A stretch of 64,000 bases of DNA, taken from NCBI GenBank assembly GCA_963700635.1, contig CAVOYH010000004.1, positions 896,001-960,000 on the forward strand, written 5' to 3'. Under the pieces are notes generated by a model. It saw only the letters and a program-made list of their open reading frames with translations. It was not told where the DNA came from and did no database searches. Source of the DNA: an uncultured Bacteroidota bacterium. GTDB lineage: Bacteria > Bacteroidota > Ignavibacteria > UBA10030 > UBA6906. Shown here piece after piece: positions 1-8,727 of this stretch (position 1 is the stretch's first letter; every line of letters begins with the position of its first letter). Position numbers and translations under genes: made by a program.

Positions 1-286
1 CCAGGATCTGGGTTCCCGTTGCGTAGGCTTCCACTGCGGTCTGACCCAGAATCAGCTGGAGTGCCCTGTTCAGTGTGCACCCTTCGGAGGAAGCGGTTAC
101 ACGGACCCCCGCCACGTCCCTGTCCATGTAAATGATGGGCACGGCAAACCAGCGGCTCAGGGAATCCAGAGCAGCAGCCAGGGGGTGCTCCGAAAGTGTG
201 AAGGAGACTTCCCTTTCCTGAGCTCCCGACTGGAATGCCAGAGCCGGGAGCAACAGGCTAATAAAGAATAAATGTCTGGTCTTCAT
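1..286 (-). CDS. TonB-dependent receptor, N-terminal part (signal peptide + STN signalling domain), runs off the window edge
   Basis: Manual translation from ATG at 286: MKTRHLFFISLLLPALAFQSGAQEREVSFTLSEHPLAAALDSLSRWFAVPIIY... resembles an STN domain; overlaps the fecR stop. Confidence 0.7.
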   Translation of the reverse strand, partial: MKTRHLFFISLLLPALAFQSGAQEREVSFTLSEHPLAAALDSLSRWFAVPIIYMDRDVAGVRVTASSEGCTLNRALQLILGQTAVEAYATGTQIL

Positions 287-1205
287 GACGGATGCGCATG
301 GAAGTAAGTTGTGCAAGGGTACGCACTGCCGACTCCGGTGTACGGCTGTCGAGGGTTCCGCTGATAGACTCTCCGGGAAGTGTGGGATGGTCGATACGGA
401 CGTTCACGTCAAAACGGGCCTCGAGTTCCTGACACACTTCCAGCAGGGGCATGTTCTGGAAGATCAATTGTCCATGCAGCCACCCGGGATAATTTTCATA
501 CCGAATGGGTTCTGACCTTACGGCGCTCTCTCCGGGTCCGGCGGAAAACATTGATCCAGCCAGCACGATAATTGTATGCGGTACTTTCACGCCTGGAATG
601 CGTACTTCCACCCTTCCCGTCACGACAGCCACTTCGAGCCGACCATTCCGGTCGCGGACGTTAAACTCCGTGCCGAGGACTTCCACAGAACCTGATTCCG
701 TGCGCACGGTGAACGCGGATGTCTTTTTGCGCACGCGAAAAAATGCCTCTCCGCTCAGATGAACAAGACGTGGTTCATCCGGCCCGGATCGTGGTACAGT
801 CAGAGCGGAAGTGTGATTCAGGATGATGCCGCTACTGTCCGCCAGCATCACCTCGGACATCTGTCCCTTTCCGGTGGCGTAGATCTGGGGTTCCGCCGTC
901 GGGGTCATCACCAGGAGCGCGAGCACCCCTGCGGCGGTGGCCAGAATGCCGGTCACGAGCACAGGCCGTAAGACCTTCTCGATGACGTTTGACCGTCGGC
1001 TTCCCGTTCTAACAGTTTTCGCCTGGAGCATGTTTCTGAGGTGCTGCCACTGGCGTGGCGTATCGGGGTCCTGCGTCAGGAGCCACTGCCGTTCCTTTTC
1101 GAGGATCGAAGACACGTCCTCTGCAAGGTCTTTTCCTCCGGACGCACCCATGTTGTCCGGAACCTGCCTTTTGCGTCTCAGGAGTCGTGAGAGTATGGTC
1201 ACCAT
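258..1205 (-). CDS. FecR family anti-sigma factor
   Basis: TM helix, then 'V.LADSS.I.LN..S.L', 'LSGEAFFRV', 'VEVLGTEFNV' and C-terminal 'W..G.LIF...PL.EV..ELE..F'. Confidence 0.93.
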   Translation of the reverse strand: MVTILSRLLRRKRQVPDNMGASGGKDLAEDVSSILEKERQWLLTQDPDTPRQWQHLRNMLQAKTVRTGSRRSNVIEKVLRPVLVTGILATAAGVLALLVMTPTAEPQIYATGKGQMSEVMLADSSGIILNHTSALTVPRSGPDEPRLVHLSGEAFFRVRKKTSAFTVRTESGSVEVLGTEFNVRDRNGRLEVAVVTGRVEVRIPGVKVPHTIIVLAGSMFSAGPGESAVRSEPIRYENYPGWLHGQLIFQNMPLLEVCQELEARFDVNVRIDHPTLPGESISGTLDSRTPESAVRTLAQLTSMRIRHEDQTFILY

Positions 1206-1227
1206 GGCTGTTCTGGCCTCCTGATCA

Positions 1228-1256
1228 TTAAACGTATGACGCCCCCTTTCCCCCTA
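1228..1256 (-). promoter_or_regulatory. Candidate ECF-sigma promoter for fecR-TBDR
   Basis: Minus strand TAGGGGGAAA...CGTTTAAT just upstream of AGGAGG RBS of fecR; resembles GGGG-type -35 elements seen before FecR/TBDR operons. Confidence 0.35.
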
Positions 1257-1268
1257 TGCACAGAACAG

Positions 1269-1297
1269 TTGCAGGTGAATTTTTCCGGAGCTATTTT
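1269..1297 (+). promoter_or_regulatory. sigma70-type promoter of the ECF sigma gene
   Basis: TTGCAG-17-TATTTT; supports a GTG start at 1323. Confidence 0.45.
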
Positions 1298-1322
1298 AGG
1301 TGCTCCACTTCGGGACGGCAGC

Positions 1323-1880
1323 GTGTCAGACAGAGCAGACGAAAAACATCTTCTTACGAGTGTGAAGGAATCAGGGCTTGATGCCTTCGGGGTCCTCTTT
1401 GAACGGTATCAACCGGTTCTGTTCCGGATTGTGCTGTACCAGGTGCGGGATGTTGATGAAGCCCATGATATAGTCCAGGAGACCTTCACGCGCGTTTGGG
1501 AACATCGGTCAAACCTGAACGTGAGGCTGAGTTTTTTTGCGTACCTCTCCCGGATCAGCACAAACTTGATCAGAGATAAACACAGGCACAACAAGACGCA
1601 CCTTCTGTCGAAGGAACAGATTCCACCTCCCATTCTACCTCCCGATGCGGACCCGCTGGAAGCTACTCAATATTCCATGTTGTCTGCTCAAATTTTGGGG
1701 ATCATACGGGAGCAGTTTCCGGATCGTTGCAGAATGGTATTTGAACTAAGCAGGTTCGAAGGGCTGAACGCACGGGAGATCGCCTCAAAGCTCAAGATAA
1801 GCGAGAAAACGGTGGAAAATCAGCTAACGAAGGGGCTGCGGATTCTCCGGCGCGGACTCCGATCCTTTACGGGCGGGTAA
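1323..1880 (+). CDS. ECF sigma-70 factor (FecI-like)
   Basis: Region 2 'AHDIVQETFTRVW', region 4 'RMVFELSRFEGLNAREIA..L.ISEKTVENQL'; ORF open from 1236, start estimated. Confidence 0.92.
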   Translation: MSDRADEKHLLTSVKESGLDAFGVLFERYQPVLFRIVLYQVRDVDEAHDIVQETFTRVWEHRSNLNVRLSFFAYLSRISTNLIRDKHRHNKTHLLSKEQIPPPILPPDADPLEATQYSMLSAQILGIIREQFPDRCRMVFELSRFEGLNAREIASKLKISEKTVENQLTKGLRILRRGLRSFTGG

Positions 1881-1881
1881 A

Positions 1882-3087
1882 CTAGTTCTGAACCCGGTCG
1901 CGCAACCCGGCAAGGAAATTCAGCGCAACGGGAGCATGGAGGTCAAGATTTTGAAGGATCTGCGGAGAAAACGAAGTGTGCATCCGTGAAATCGCTTCGA
2001 GAATGAGCACGCAGCAACTCTCGGTAATCATGGAATTGAATGACGTATCGCCGGCGCCACGCAGGAGCGGCCATGAAGATACTACATCATGGAGATAACG
2101 AATCAAACGCAAAGATTCAACCTCAAAAGACGAGGGATAACTGCAAGCGGAAAACAGGGTTCTGTGGTTCTGTCTAGAATCTTTCTCGGTATCCTGAAGG
2201 TCATCCACGAGTTGAAGCACACACCCGTACCCGAACGCCATTTCCAGCCACACGTTGTCCGGCACGGCACCGGCAAGAAACGCATCCACGAGCACTGATG
2301 TCCCTCCTTTTTCAAAGGAGATCGGGAGCACGCATTCCCATGGCATTTCCTCATGTTGAGCGAGAGAGCGGCTTTGGGCACTGTGTATGGCCTGCAGGCT
2401 CCTGTGGACAAGCGGAAAGTCCTTCCGGGGGTACTCACTCCCTATCATCCCGATCAAGGAAAAAATCTTGGATTCGCGATTGTTGAGCGGTTTTTGCCCG
2501 GCATCGCGCAGTTCAGCCCCAAGTCTTGAACCGAACTCTCTTTTTTTCGGGGAAGAGACTCGCCTGTCGTCAAGATAATTGTCCGTGTACGGATACAGGA
2601 GACTATACGCCAGGGCTGAGGGGGTCACTGAGATTTTGTGATCTGCAAGATACTGGAAGCTGTTGAACACCCACAGGTTCCTGAGTGCCTGCGCCATCTG
2701 TGCGGATGACAACTGCGGATCAAACCCGCGTGCCTGCCTTACAAATTCACTGGTGGTCTCAGCAAACTGTTCGGACGGGGTCGAAAACACCTCTGCATCC
2801 CCGGATTCGGTAAACAGGTTCAGGATTGCCAACCGGCGAAGTGTGGATCCGGCCACGTGCCCCGGAATATTAAAAAGATCCTTCAGTTCCTTCCTGCGGT
2901 GGGGGTCGTGCATTACCTTGAGGATGCGCGCCTCGTTGAACGTCTGACGCGAACGTGAGTACTCGCGCATGGTTGCCGGTAACACTGCAGGGGTATTATG
3001 CCAGGAGTGCACAAACCGGGCGGTCAGCGACGAGATCGTCTGCTCGAAGTCGTCCTCACGAGGGAGGTCGGCGGAATGCGGGGTCAT
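1882..3087 (-). CDS. Class I isoprenoid/terpene synthase-fold protein
   Basis: Two Asp-rich motifs 'YPYTDNYLDD' and 'LQLVDDLQD', 'SFEKGGTS' between them, helical-looking sequence. Confidence 0.6.
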   Translation of the reverse strand: MTPHSADLPREDDFEQTISSLTARFVHSWHNTPAVLPATMREYSRSRQTFNEARILKVMHDPHRRKELKDLFNIPGHVAGSTLRRLAILNLFTESGDAEVFSTPSEQFAETTSEFVRQARGFDPQLSSAQMAQALRNLWVFNSFQYLADHKISVTPSALAYSLLYPYTDNYLDDRRVSSPKKREFGSRLGAELRDAGQKPLNNRESKIFSLIGMIGSEYPRKDFPLVHRSLQAIHSAQSRSLAQHEEMPWECVLPISFEKGGTSVLVDAFLAGAVPDNVWLEMAFGYGCVLQLVDDLQDTEKDSRQNHRTLFSACSYPSSFEVESLRLIRYLHDVVSSWPLLRGAGDTSFNSMITESCCVLILEAISRMHTSFSPQILQNLDLHAPVALNFLAGLRDRVQN

Positions 3088-3147
3088 GATTGTACACTGC
3101 GGAACGGTGTATGGTAGATGAATGCTCGACGAGGGCCGGACCCGCTC

Positions 3148-4482
3148 TTACGTCTTTGGAATTCCCCTTCTGGTAATCGTCTCCATAACCTCGCAGAACC
3201 GGTCGAGTTCGTGGAGCGACGTATAGACGTTTGGCGTAATACGGATACCCCTAAATTCCTCATGGTTGATGGCAACGGTGAAGATCTTGTGTTCGCTCAT
3301 GAGATAGCTGCTGATGGCTGCCGGGTCTGTGCCGGCGACGTCCACGAGGGCGATGCCGCAGGATTGATCGTCATCCAGCGAGGTGTGGAATCTCACATTC
3401 GGCAGGCTCTGCACCCGGCTCGCCCAGTAGTTGCGCAGATAGCGCAGACGCGCTTCCTTACGTTTTGCCCCGAGTCCACGGTGGAACAGGATTGCCTCTC
3501 CGATGGCAAGCCGCATCGCCGCCGAGTGTGTCCCGATTTCTTCGAATTTCCTGATGTTCGTGAACTGATCCTTTTCCGCGGCCATCAAGGGCCACAGACG
3601 CTCAATCTTTTCCCGTTTCACGAAGAACATTCCCGTCCCCTTGGGGGCGTAGAGCCACTTGTGGAGACTCGTGCCGAAATAGTCGCAGCGAAGATCGTTC
3701 CAGGTGAAATCAAGATGCGCAAAGGAGTGGGCTCCGTCCACGATGCACTCTATGTCTCTGCGACGGGCAAGCTCACAGATCGCCCGCACCGGAGTGATCT
3801 GCCCGGTGAGAAACACTACATGTGACAGGAGGATAACCCGGGTGCGCGAGGTGATGCCCTGCTCTATAGCGTCGTAGATCTGGTCCAGACTTTTGGGTGG
3901 TGCGGGATATTTCACCTGTTTCAGAATCACCCCTTCGCGCAGCTGGCGCTGGCGGATCGTTGTGATCATCCGCGGGTAGTCCTGGGTCGTAGTAAGGATT
4001 TCATCTCCTGCCTTGAGGTCCAGACCCAGCAGGCATGTCTCCAGCGCTTCGGAGGCATTCCGCACGATTGCCGTTTCCTCGGGATCACAACCGAAGAGAC
4101 CGGCCAATCCGGTCCTTACGTTTTCACTCTGGGGCTCAAGTATCTGCCACATGGTATAGGCAGGGACATCTTCCTGTTCCCATGTATAACGCACAAACGC
4201 TTCTGTCACGATGCGGGGTGAGGGCGACACCCCTCCGTTGTTCAGATTAATAATACTCCGCGTGCAGCTGAAAGCCTGTTGGATAGTGAACCAGAAATCC
4301 TCATTGGACGCGGCTTCGGCAGGTGAGAGATGGGCAACGCTCCGGGTAGCGGCCTGCAAATTGTCATACAGTCCGGCGACAGTGGCGGATGTAAGGGTTG
4401 CGAGTCCTACTCCCTTCCCCACCATCGACATGAATTGGCGGCGGTCAATGTCCGATTGAATGTTCATCAACGGGTTGTGCAT
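3148..4482 (-). CDS. Aminotransferase class V PLP enzyme (isopenicillin N epimerase-like) with Tat signal
   Basis: 'DRRQFM' twin-arginine signal; 'NLNNGGVSP', 'VDGAHS', PLP lysine 'SLHKWL'. Confidence 0.88.
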   Translation of the reverse strand: MHNPLMNIQSDIDRRQFMSMVGKGVGLATLTSATVAGLYDNLQAATRSVAHLSPAEAASNEDFWFTIQQAFSCTRSIINLNNGGVSPSPRIVTEAFVRYTWEQEDVPAYTMWQILEPQSENVRTGLAGLFGCDPEETAIVRNASEALETCLLGLDLKAGDEILTTTQDYPRMITTIRQRQLREGVILKQVKYPAPPKSLDQIYDAIEQGITSRTRVILLSHVVFLTGQITPVRAICELARRRDIECIVDGAHSFAHLDFTWNDLRCDYFGTSLHKWLYAPKGTGMFFVKREKIERLWPLMAAEKDQFTNIRKFEEIGTHSAAMRLAIGEAILFHRGLGAKRKEARLRYLRNYWASRVQSLPNVRFHTSLDDDQSCGIALVDVAGTDPAAISSYLMSEHKIFTVAINHEEFRGIRITPNVYTSLHELDRFCEVMETITRRGIPKT

Positions 4483-4632
4483 GGCGGGCTCCCGAACGTT
4501 GAGGGCAACCTACATGGTTTTCAGGTCGGAATCAAGTATGTGGGCCAGATCTTGTTTTTTGAAATATCTTTCTCTATCCTCATCCTGTATTATGACACAA
4601 TCACAAAGCACAAACATTGACGAAAGCTCCCC

Positions 4633-5220
4633 ATGGTTCCGCGCACGATGTTTCTAACCCTTTGTTCAATCCTGGTTCTTGTCCTGTCTGCGACTGCACA
4701 GCCCAAAAAGTACGACATCAAATCGGGTGTAATCACCTTTGATCAGGCGACCATCCTTTCTGGGATGACCATGCGGAGCAAAATCGTGGTTACCTTTGAT
4801 GAGTACGGCATGAAGGAGCGTAAGGAGACATACAACGAGGGTGTTCTTGATGAAGTCTTCTTCAGTGACGCGAAGGATCTCTACCTGCTGAAGCCGGCCT
4901 CCAAGGCCGCCTACAAACGGGGGTCTGCCTACCGGGGCACGGAATTAAAGTTCGACTGGGATGAAGTCTCCTCGCGGGACAAAAAGGAAGGAAAGGCCAA
5001 GCAGTTGCCATCCCGGACGGTCGCGGGAAAGAAGTGTGAGGCATTTCAACATCAGATGCGAAGTACCACAACGGTGTTCGCCGGCTGGAAAGGTATCACA
5101 CTGTACACAGAGGTGAAGTCTTCCGGGATGACCATCACGACAAAGGCGGTCACCGTTGAAGAAAACATCGCCGTGCCACCCTCGAAATTTCAGATTCCTT
5201 CCGGGTACAAGGTGGAATAG
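4633..5220 (+). CDS. Secreted hypothetical protein (DUF4412-like)
   Basis: Signal peptide; 'TVAGKKCEAF', 'PPSKFQIPSGYK' ending. Confidence 0.7.
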   Translation: MVPRTMFLTLCSILVLVLSATAQPKKYDIKSGVITFDQATILSGMTMRSKIVVTFDEYGMKERKETYNEGVLDEVFFSDAKDLYLLKPASKAAYKRGSAYRGTELKFDWDEVSSRDKKEGKAKQLPSRTVAGKKCEAFQHQMRSTTTVFAGWKGITLYTEVKSSGMTITTKAVTVEENIAVPPSKFQIPSGYKVE

Positions 5221-5272
5221 ACGCCGCCGGGCGGTCAGGGGATGTGTCGTTTGGATCTGTGCGTGGCGCACG

Positions 5273-5626
5273 TTATTGTTTTTCACCCGGTGTGTATCGT
5301 ATAATATGTGCCCGCTCCTCAGTCATCATCGCGCCGACCGCGGCGTGTGCGATCATCTCTCCCGCAACTGAGGCGAATGCATCGACCTTGTCCACAGTGT
5401 CGACAATTTCAATGACCACCGGGAGATCCTCTGACAACCGCAGAATTTTCGCCGTATGCATCCGGCTGCGGGCACCGAAACCCTCTATGCCCCGTAACAC
5501 CGTCGCGCCTGCCAAACCCATTTCCCGCGCTTTCAGGACAAGTTCCTGATGTAGTGGCTTGTGCTGAAATCGGTCCGCCTCTCCGATGAAGATACGAAGC
5601 AGTTTGCCCTCACCTTCAAGTCGCAT
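5273..5626 (-). CDS. DUF190 (PII-like) protein
   Basis: 'LLRIFIGE.D', 'GLAGATVLRGIEGFG', 'LSEDLPVVIEIVD'; typical partner of crcB. Confidence 0.93.
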   Translation of the reverse strand: MRLEGEGKLLRIFIGEADRFQHKPLHQELVLKAREMGLAGATVLRGIEGFGARSRMHTAKILRLSEDLPVVIEIVDTVDKVDAFASVAGEMIAHAAVGAMMTEERAHIIRYTPGEKQ

Positions 5627-5644
5627 CAGGGAATCCCTTTCGCG

Positions 5645-6019
5645 TTAGAGCAATTTTCCGATTGCGGCGCCTGCCCATGCTGCACAAAGGCACCCGCAGA
5701 GTGAATACAGAATGTTTACGAAACCGAGCAGGAAACTTCCCTCGCGGAGCAGTGCGATTGTCTCAAAGCTGAACGTCGAAAACGTCGTAAATCCGCCAAG
5801 AATGCCGATACTCAGAAACGTCCGCAGGAGGGGCTGGACAACATATCGTTCCTCAAATATCGACATCACAAATCCGATCAGGAAGCAGCCAAGCACATTC
5901 ACCAGGAGCGTCCCATAGGGAAATGCCGGTCCAACTAAGCGATATACTCCGCCCGACAACCAGTAGCGGAACACACTTCCCGCACCGCCACCAAGGAAGA
6001 CCACAAAAGCTTCTTTCAT
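5645..6019 (-). CDS. crcB: Fluoride channel Fluc/CrcB
   Basis: 'GGGAGSVFRY', 'PYGTLLVNVLGCF', 'GILGGFTTFSTF'; start at MKEAF. Confidence 0.95.
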   Translation of the reverse strand: MKEAFVVFLGGGAGSVFRYWLSGGVYRLVGPAFPYGTLLVNVLGCFLIGFVMSIFEERYVVQPLLRTFLSIGILGGFTTFSTFSFETIALLREGSFLLGFVNILYSLCGCLCAAWAGAAIGKLL

Positions 6020-6140
6020 CGTTTGCCTTTCGAACAAATCAGGATAAGGATCCGCTGGTGTCGAGACCGTGATGAATAGAACAAGGTAGAATCCGGCGCC
6101 CTGAGAATCAAGGCTCTCGTCGGGCCGGGAAGTCCGTTCG

Positions 6141-6173
6141 TTGACAATGCCCCCCCTGTCCCATACATTGTCA
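6141..6173 (+). promoter_or_regulatory. sigma70 promoter overlapped by an 8-bp inverted repeat
   Basis: TTGACA(6141)-17-TACATT(6164); TGACAATG-N16-CATTGTCA. Confidence 0.6.
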
Positions 6174-6225
6174 GTGAGGCCACAGGCTGACACACACTTC
6201 GTTTCATGAGATCAAAAGGTACCAG

Positions 6226-8649
6226 ATGAAGACAACTTCCGTATGTGCCGGACTCGTCCTGCTTTTTATACTCCTCCCCGGATGCTCCTCGCAAAAGACT
6301 GTTCTCCTTCCCGGAGCGGCCGCCGGCGGCCGTACCTTGTTGCCCAACGGATGGTTCCTCTCACCGGCCGGGAGACACCTGGACGTCGGGGAATTACCCT
6401 TGAACATGGCCCTTGCCCACGACGACACGTTTCTTCTGGTGAACAACAACGGGACACGGGAGCAAAGCCTCACAGTAATTGATCGGCTTCGATGGGAGGT
6501 TGTCCAGACATACCCCATGCGGAAATCCTGGTTAGGTCTCAAGGTCATCGATGGTGGACACACCATTCTGGTTTCCGGGGGAAACGACAATACGGTTCTT
6601 CTGCTGGATTTTAAAGAGGGACGCCTCTCCCTCGCGGATTCCATCGTTCTTGGGAAACCCTGGCCTGCGGAGAAGATCTGGGTTGGCGGTCTGGACGCAG
6701 ATCTGGAGGGGCGGTTTGTGTACTGCGTCGGGAAAGAAAACAGGATCCTGTACAAGCTCGACATCAGGTTGCGTGCGGTTGTTGCAAGACTGGAGCTCCC
6801 TTCGATTCCGTATTCCTGTCTCCTGTCCCCTGCCAACGATATCCTCTTTGTGAGCCTGTGGGGCGGTTCCTCCGTTGCGCTGGTGGATCCCCTGACACTC
6901 TCGCTCAAGAGCGCTGTGCCTGTGGGGGAACACCCGTGTGACATGGTGTCTTCGGCTGACGGTGCACGCCTGTTCGTCAGTAATGCAAACACCAACACCG
7001 TATCGGTCATTGACGTGCAGCGGGAACGTGTCAGCGAGACAATCTGCACAGCGCTTTCACCGAAAGCTCCGCCCGGCAGCACTCCCAATGCCATGGCGCT
7101 GTCACCCCAGGGTGACACTCTGTATGTGGCGAACGCAGACAACAATTGTCTGGCTGTGCTGGATGTTTCGAAACCGGGAAAAACCAGGTCACTCGGATTC
7201 ATCCCTGTGGGCTGGTACCCAACTTCCGTCAAGGTGGGGTCCAACGGGGATATTGTCGTCGCAAATGGAAAAGGCGTGGGTTCACGAGCGAATCCCCTCG
7301 GTCCCATTCCCTCCAGTCGGTCGAAAACGGAGGAATACATAGGGTCGCTCTTCCGCGGCAGCGTTTCGCTGATCCCCCGGCCAAGTGCTTCCCGGCTTGC
7401 GGAATATTCCATGGCCGTATACGCGAATTCGCGGTATACCGATGCACGCGCGGTTGCTCCCGGACTGGATTCTCTGAATCCGGTTCCGCACAGAGTGGGA
7501 GCTTCTTCCCCCATTACATATGTCTTCTACATCATCAAGGAAAACCGGACGTACGATCAGGTCTTTGGCGACATTCCGGAAGGAAACGGTGACTCCTCCC
7601 TCTGTCTCTTTCCGGATCACGTGACCCCCAACCACCATGCTCTTGCCCGTGAATTTGTGCTTCTGGACAACCTCTACCACGAGGCGGAGGTCAGTGCTGA
7701 CGGACATAATTGGTCCATGGGTGCGTACGCCACCGATTATGTGGAAAAGACCTGGCCGACAATGTACGGGGGCCGAGGGGGAGACTACCAGTACGAAGGA
7801 GGAGTTCCGATCGTCTACCCTGCCGGCGGATATCTGTGGGATAATTGCCAGCGTCACGGTATTACGTATCGATCCTACGGAGAGTTTGCCGAAAATGCGC
7901 GGACTCCGGGCGATTCTGCCCGTGGTCTCACCCCATCGTTGCAGGGTCACGTCGCTCCGTTCTACCGGGGGTGGGACATGAAATACTCAGACGTGCAGCG
8001 GGCGAGGGACTGGCAGGTTGAATTCGACGAGTATGACCGGTCCGGTGGGCTTCCCCGATTCCAGATCATCAAGCTTCCCAATGACCATACCGAAGGTACA
8101 CGCAGGGGAAGCGTGACACCGCGGGCCTACCTGGCCCAGAATGACCTTGCTCTCGGGATGATCGTGGACCGGATCACGCACAGCCGGTATTGGAAGGAAT
8201 CCGCAATCTTCGTGCTTGAAGATGACGCGCAAAACGGCCCGGACCACGTCGATGCGCACCGGACCGTATGCCTTGTGATCAGTCCGTATACAAAACGCCG
8301 TTTCGTGGACAGCGAGTTTTACAGTTCGAGCAGCGTGGTCCGGACCATGGAACTTATTCTGGGTTTGCCGCCACTCTCCCAGTTTGATGCGGCTGCAACA
8401 CCTATGTATGCATCCTTTTCATCCTCGCCTGATTTTACCCCGTACAGCTGCCGCCCGGCAAACATCGATCTGGAGGAGCTAAATCCCGATGGAGCGTACG
8501 GCCAGGAGAGAAGCGAGGAACTGGATTTTAGCTTGCAGGACCGGATCCCGGATGTAGAGCTGAACGAAATCGTTTGGCGGTCGGTACGGGGCAGGGACTC
8601 CGTGATGCCTTCGCCCGTGCGGAGTGCGTTTGTGCGTGTGATTGACTGA
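6226..8649 (+). CDS. YVTN/YncE beta-propeller + phosphoesterase (alkaline phosphatase superfamily) lipoprotein
   Basis: Lipobox LPGC; repeats 'VGEHP', 'LFVSNANTNTVSVID'; 'YIIKENRTYDQVFGD', 'LPNDHT', 'EDDAQNGPDHVDAHR'. Confidence 0.9.
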   Translation: MKTTSVCAGLVLLFILLPGCSSQKTVLLPGAAAGGRTLLPNGWFLSPAGRHLDVGELPLNMALAHDDTFLLVNNNGTREQSLTVIDRLRWEVVQTYPMRKSWLGLKVIDGGHTILVSGGNDNTVLLLDFKEGRLSLADSIVLGKPWPAEKIWVGGLDADLEGRFVYCVGKENRILYKLDIRLRAVVARLELPSIPYSCLLSPANDILFVSLWGGSSVALVDPLTLSLKSAVPVGEHPCDMVSSADGARLFVSNANTNTVSVIDVQRERVSETICTALSPKAPPGSTPNAMALSPQGDTLYVANADNNCLAVLDVSKPGKTRSLGFIPVGWYPTSVKVGSNGDIVVANGKGVGSRANPLGPIPSSRSKTEEYIGSLFRGSVSLIPRPSASRLAEYSMAVYANSRYTDARAVAPGLDSLNPVPHRVGASSPITYVFYIIKENRTYDQVFGDIPEGNGDSSLCLFPDHVTPNHHALAREFVLLDNLYHEAEVSADGHNWSMGAYATDYVEKTWPTMYGGRGGDYQYEGGVPIVYPAGGYLWDNCQRHGITYRSYGEFAENARTPGDSARGLTPSLQGHVAPFYRGWDMKYSDVQRARDWQVEFDEYDRSGGLPRFQIIKLPNDHTEGTRRGSVTPRAYLAQNDLALGMIVDRITHSRYWKESAIFVLEDDAQNGPDHVDAHRTVCLVISPYTKRRFVDSEFYSSSSVVRTMELILGLPPLSQFDAAATPMYASFSSSPDFTPYSCRPANIDLEELNPDGAYGQERSEELDFSLQDRIPDVELNEIVWRSVRGRDSVMPSPVRSAFVRVID

Positions 8650-8687
8650 GGATCCGGGAGGCAGTGTAGTCTCTTTCATCCGGATCC
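8650..8687. terminator. Inverted repeat between convergent genes
   Basis: GGATCCGG...CCGGATCC; no clear U-tract. Confidence 0.35.
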
Positions 8688-8727
8688 GTGGGGATCTACA
8701 GCGGGTGTTATGCCGTTAACGCCATCG

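Noticed and set aside
6204-7514. Long antisense/alternate-frame ORFs (also 13084-14247, 36753-37859, 49172-50206, 52012-53058)
   Set aside because: Shadow ORFs opposite well-supported genes in GC-rich DNA, with no recognisable motifs
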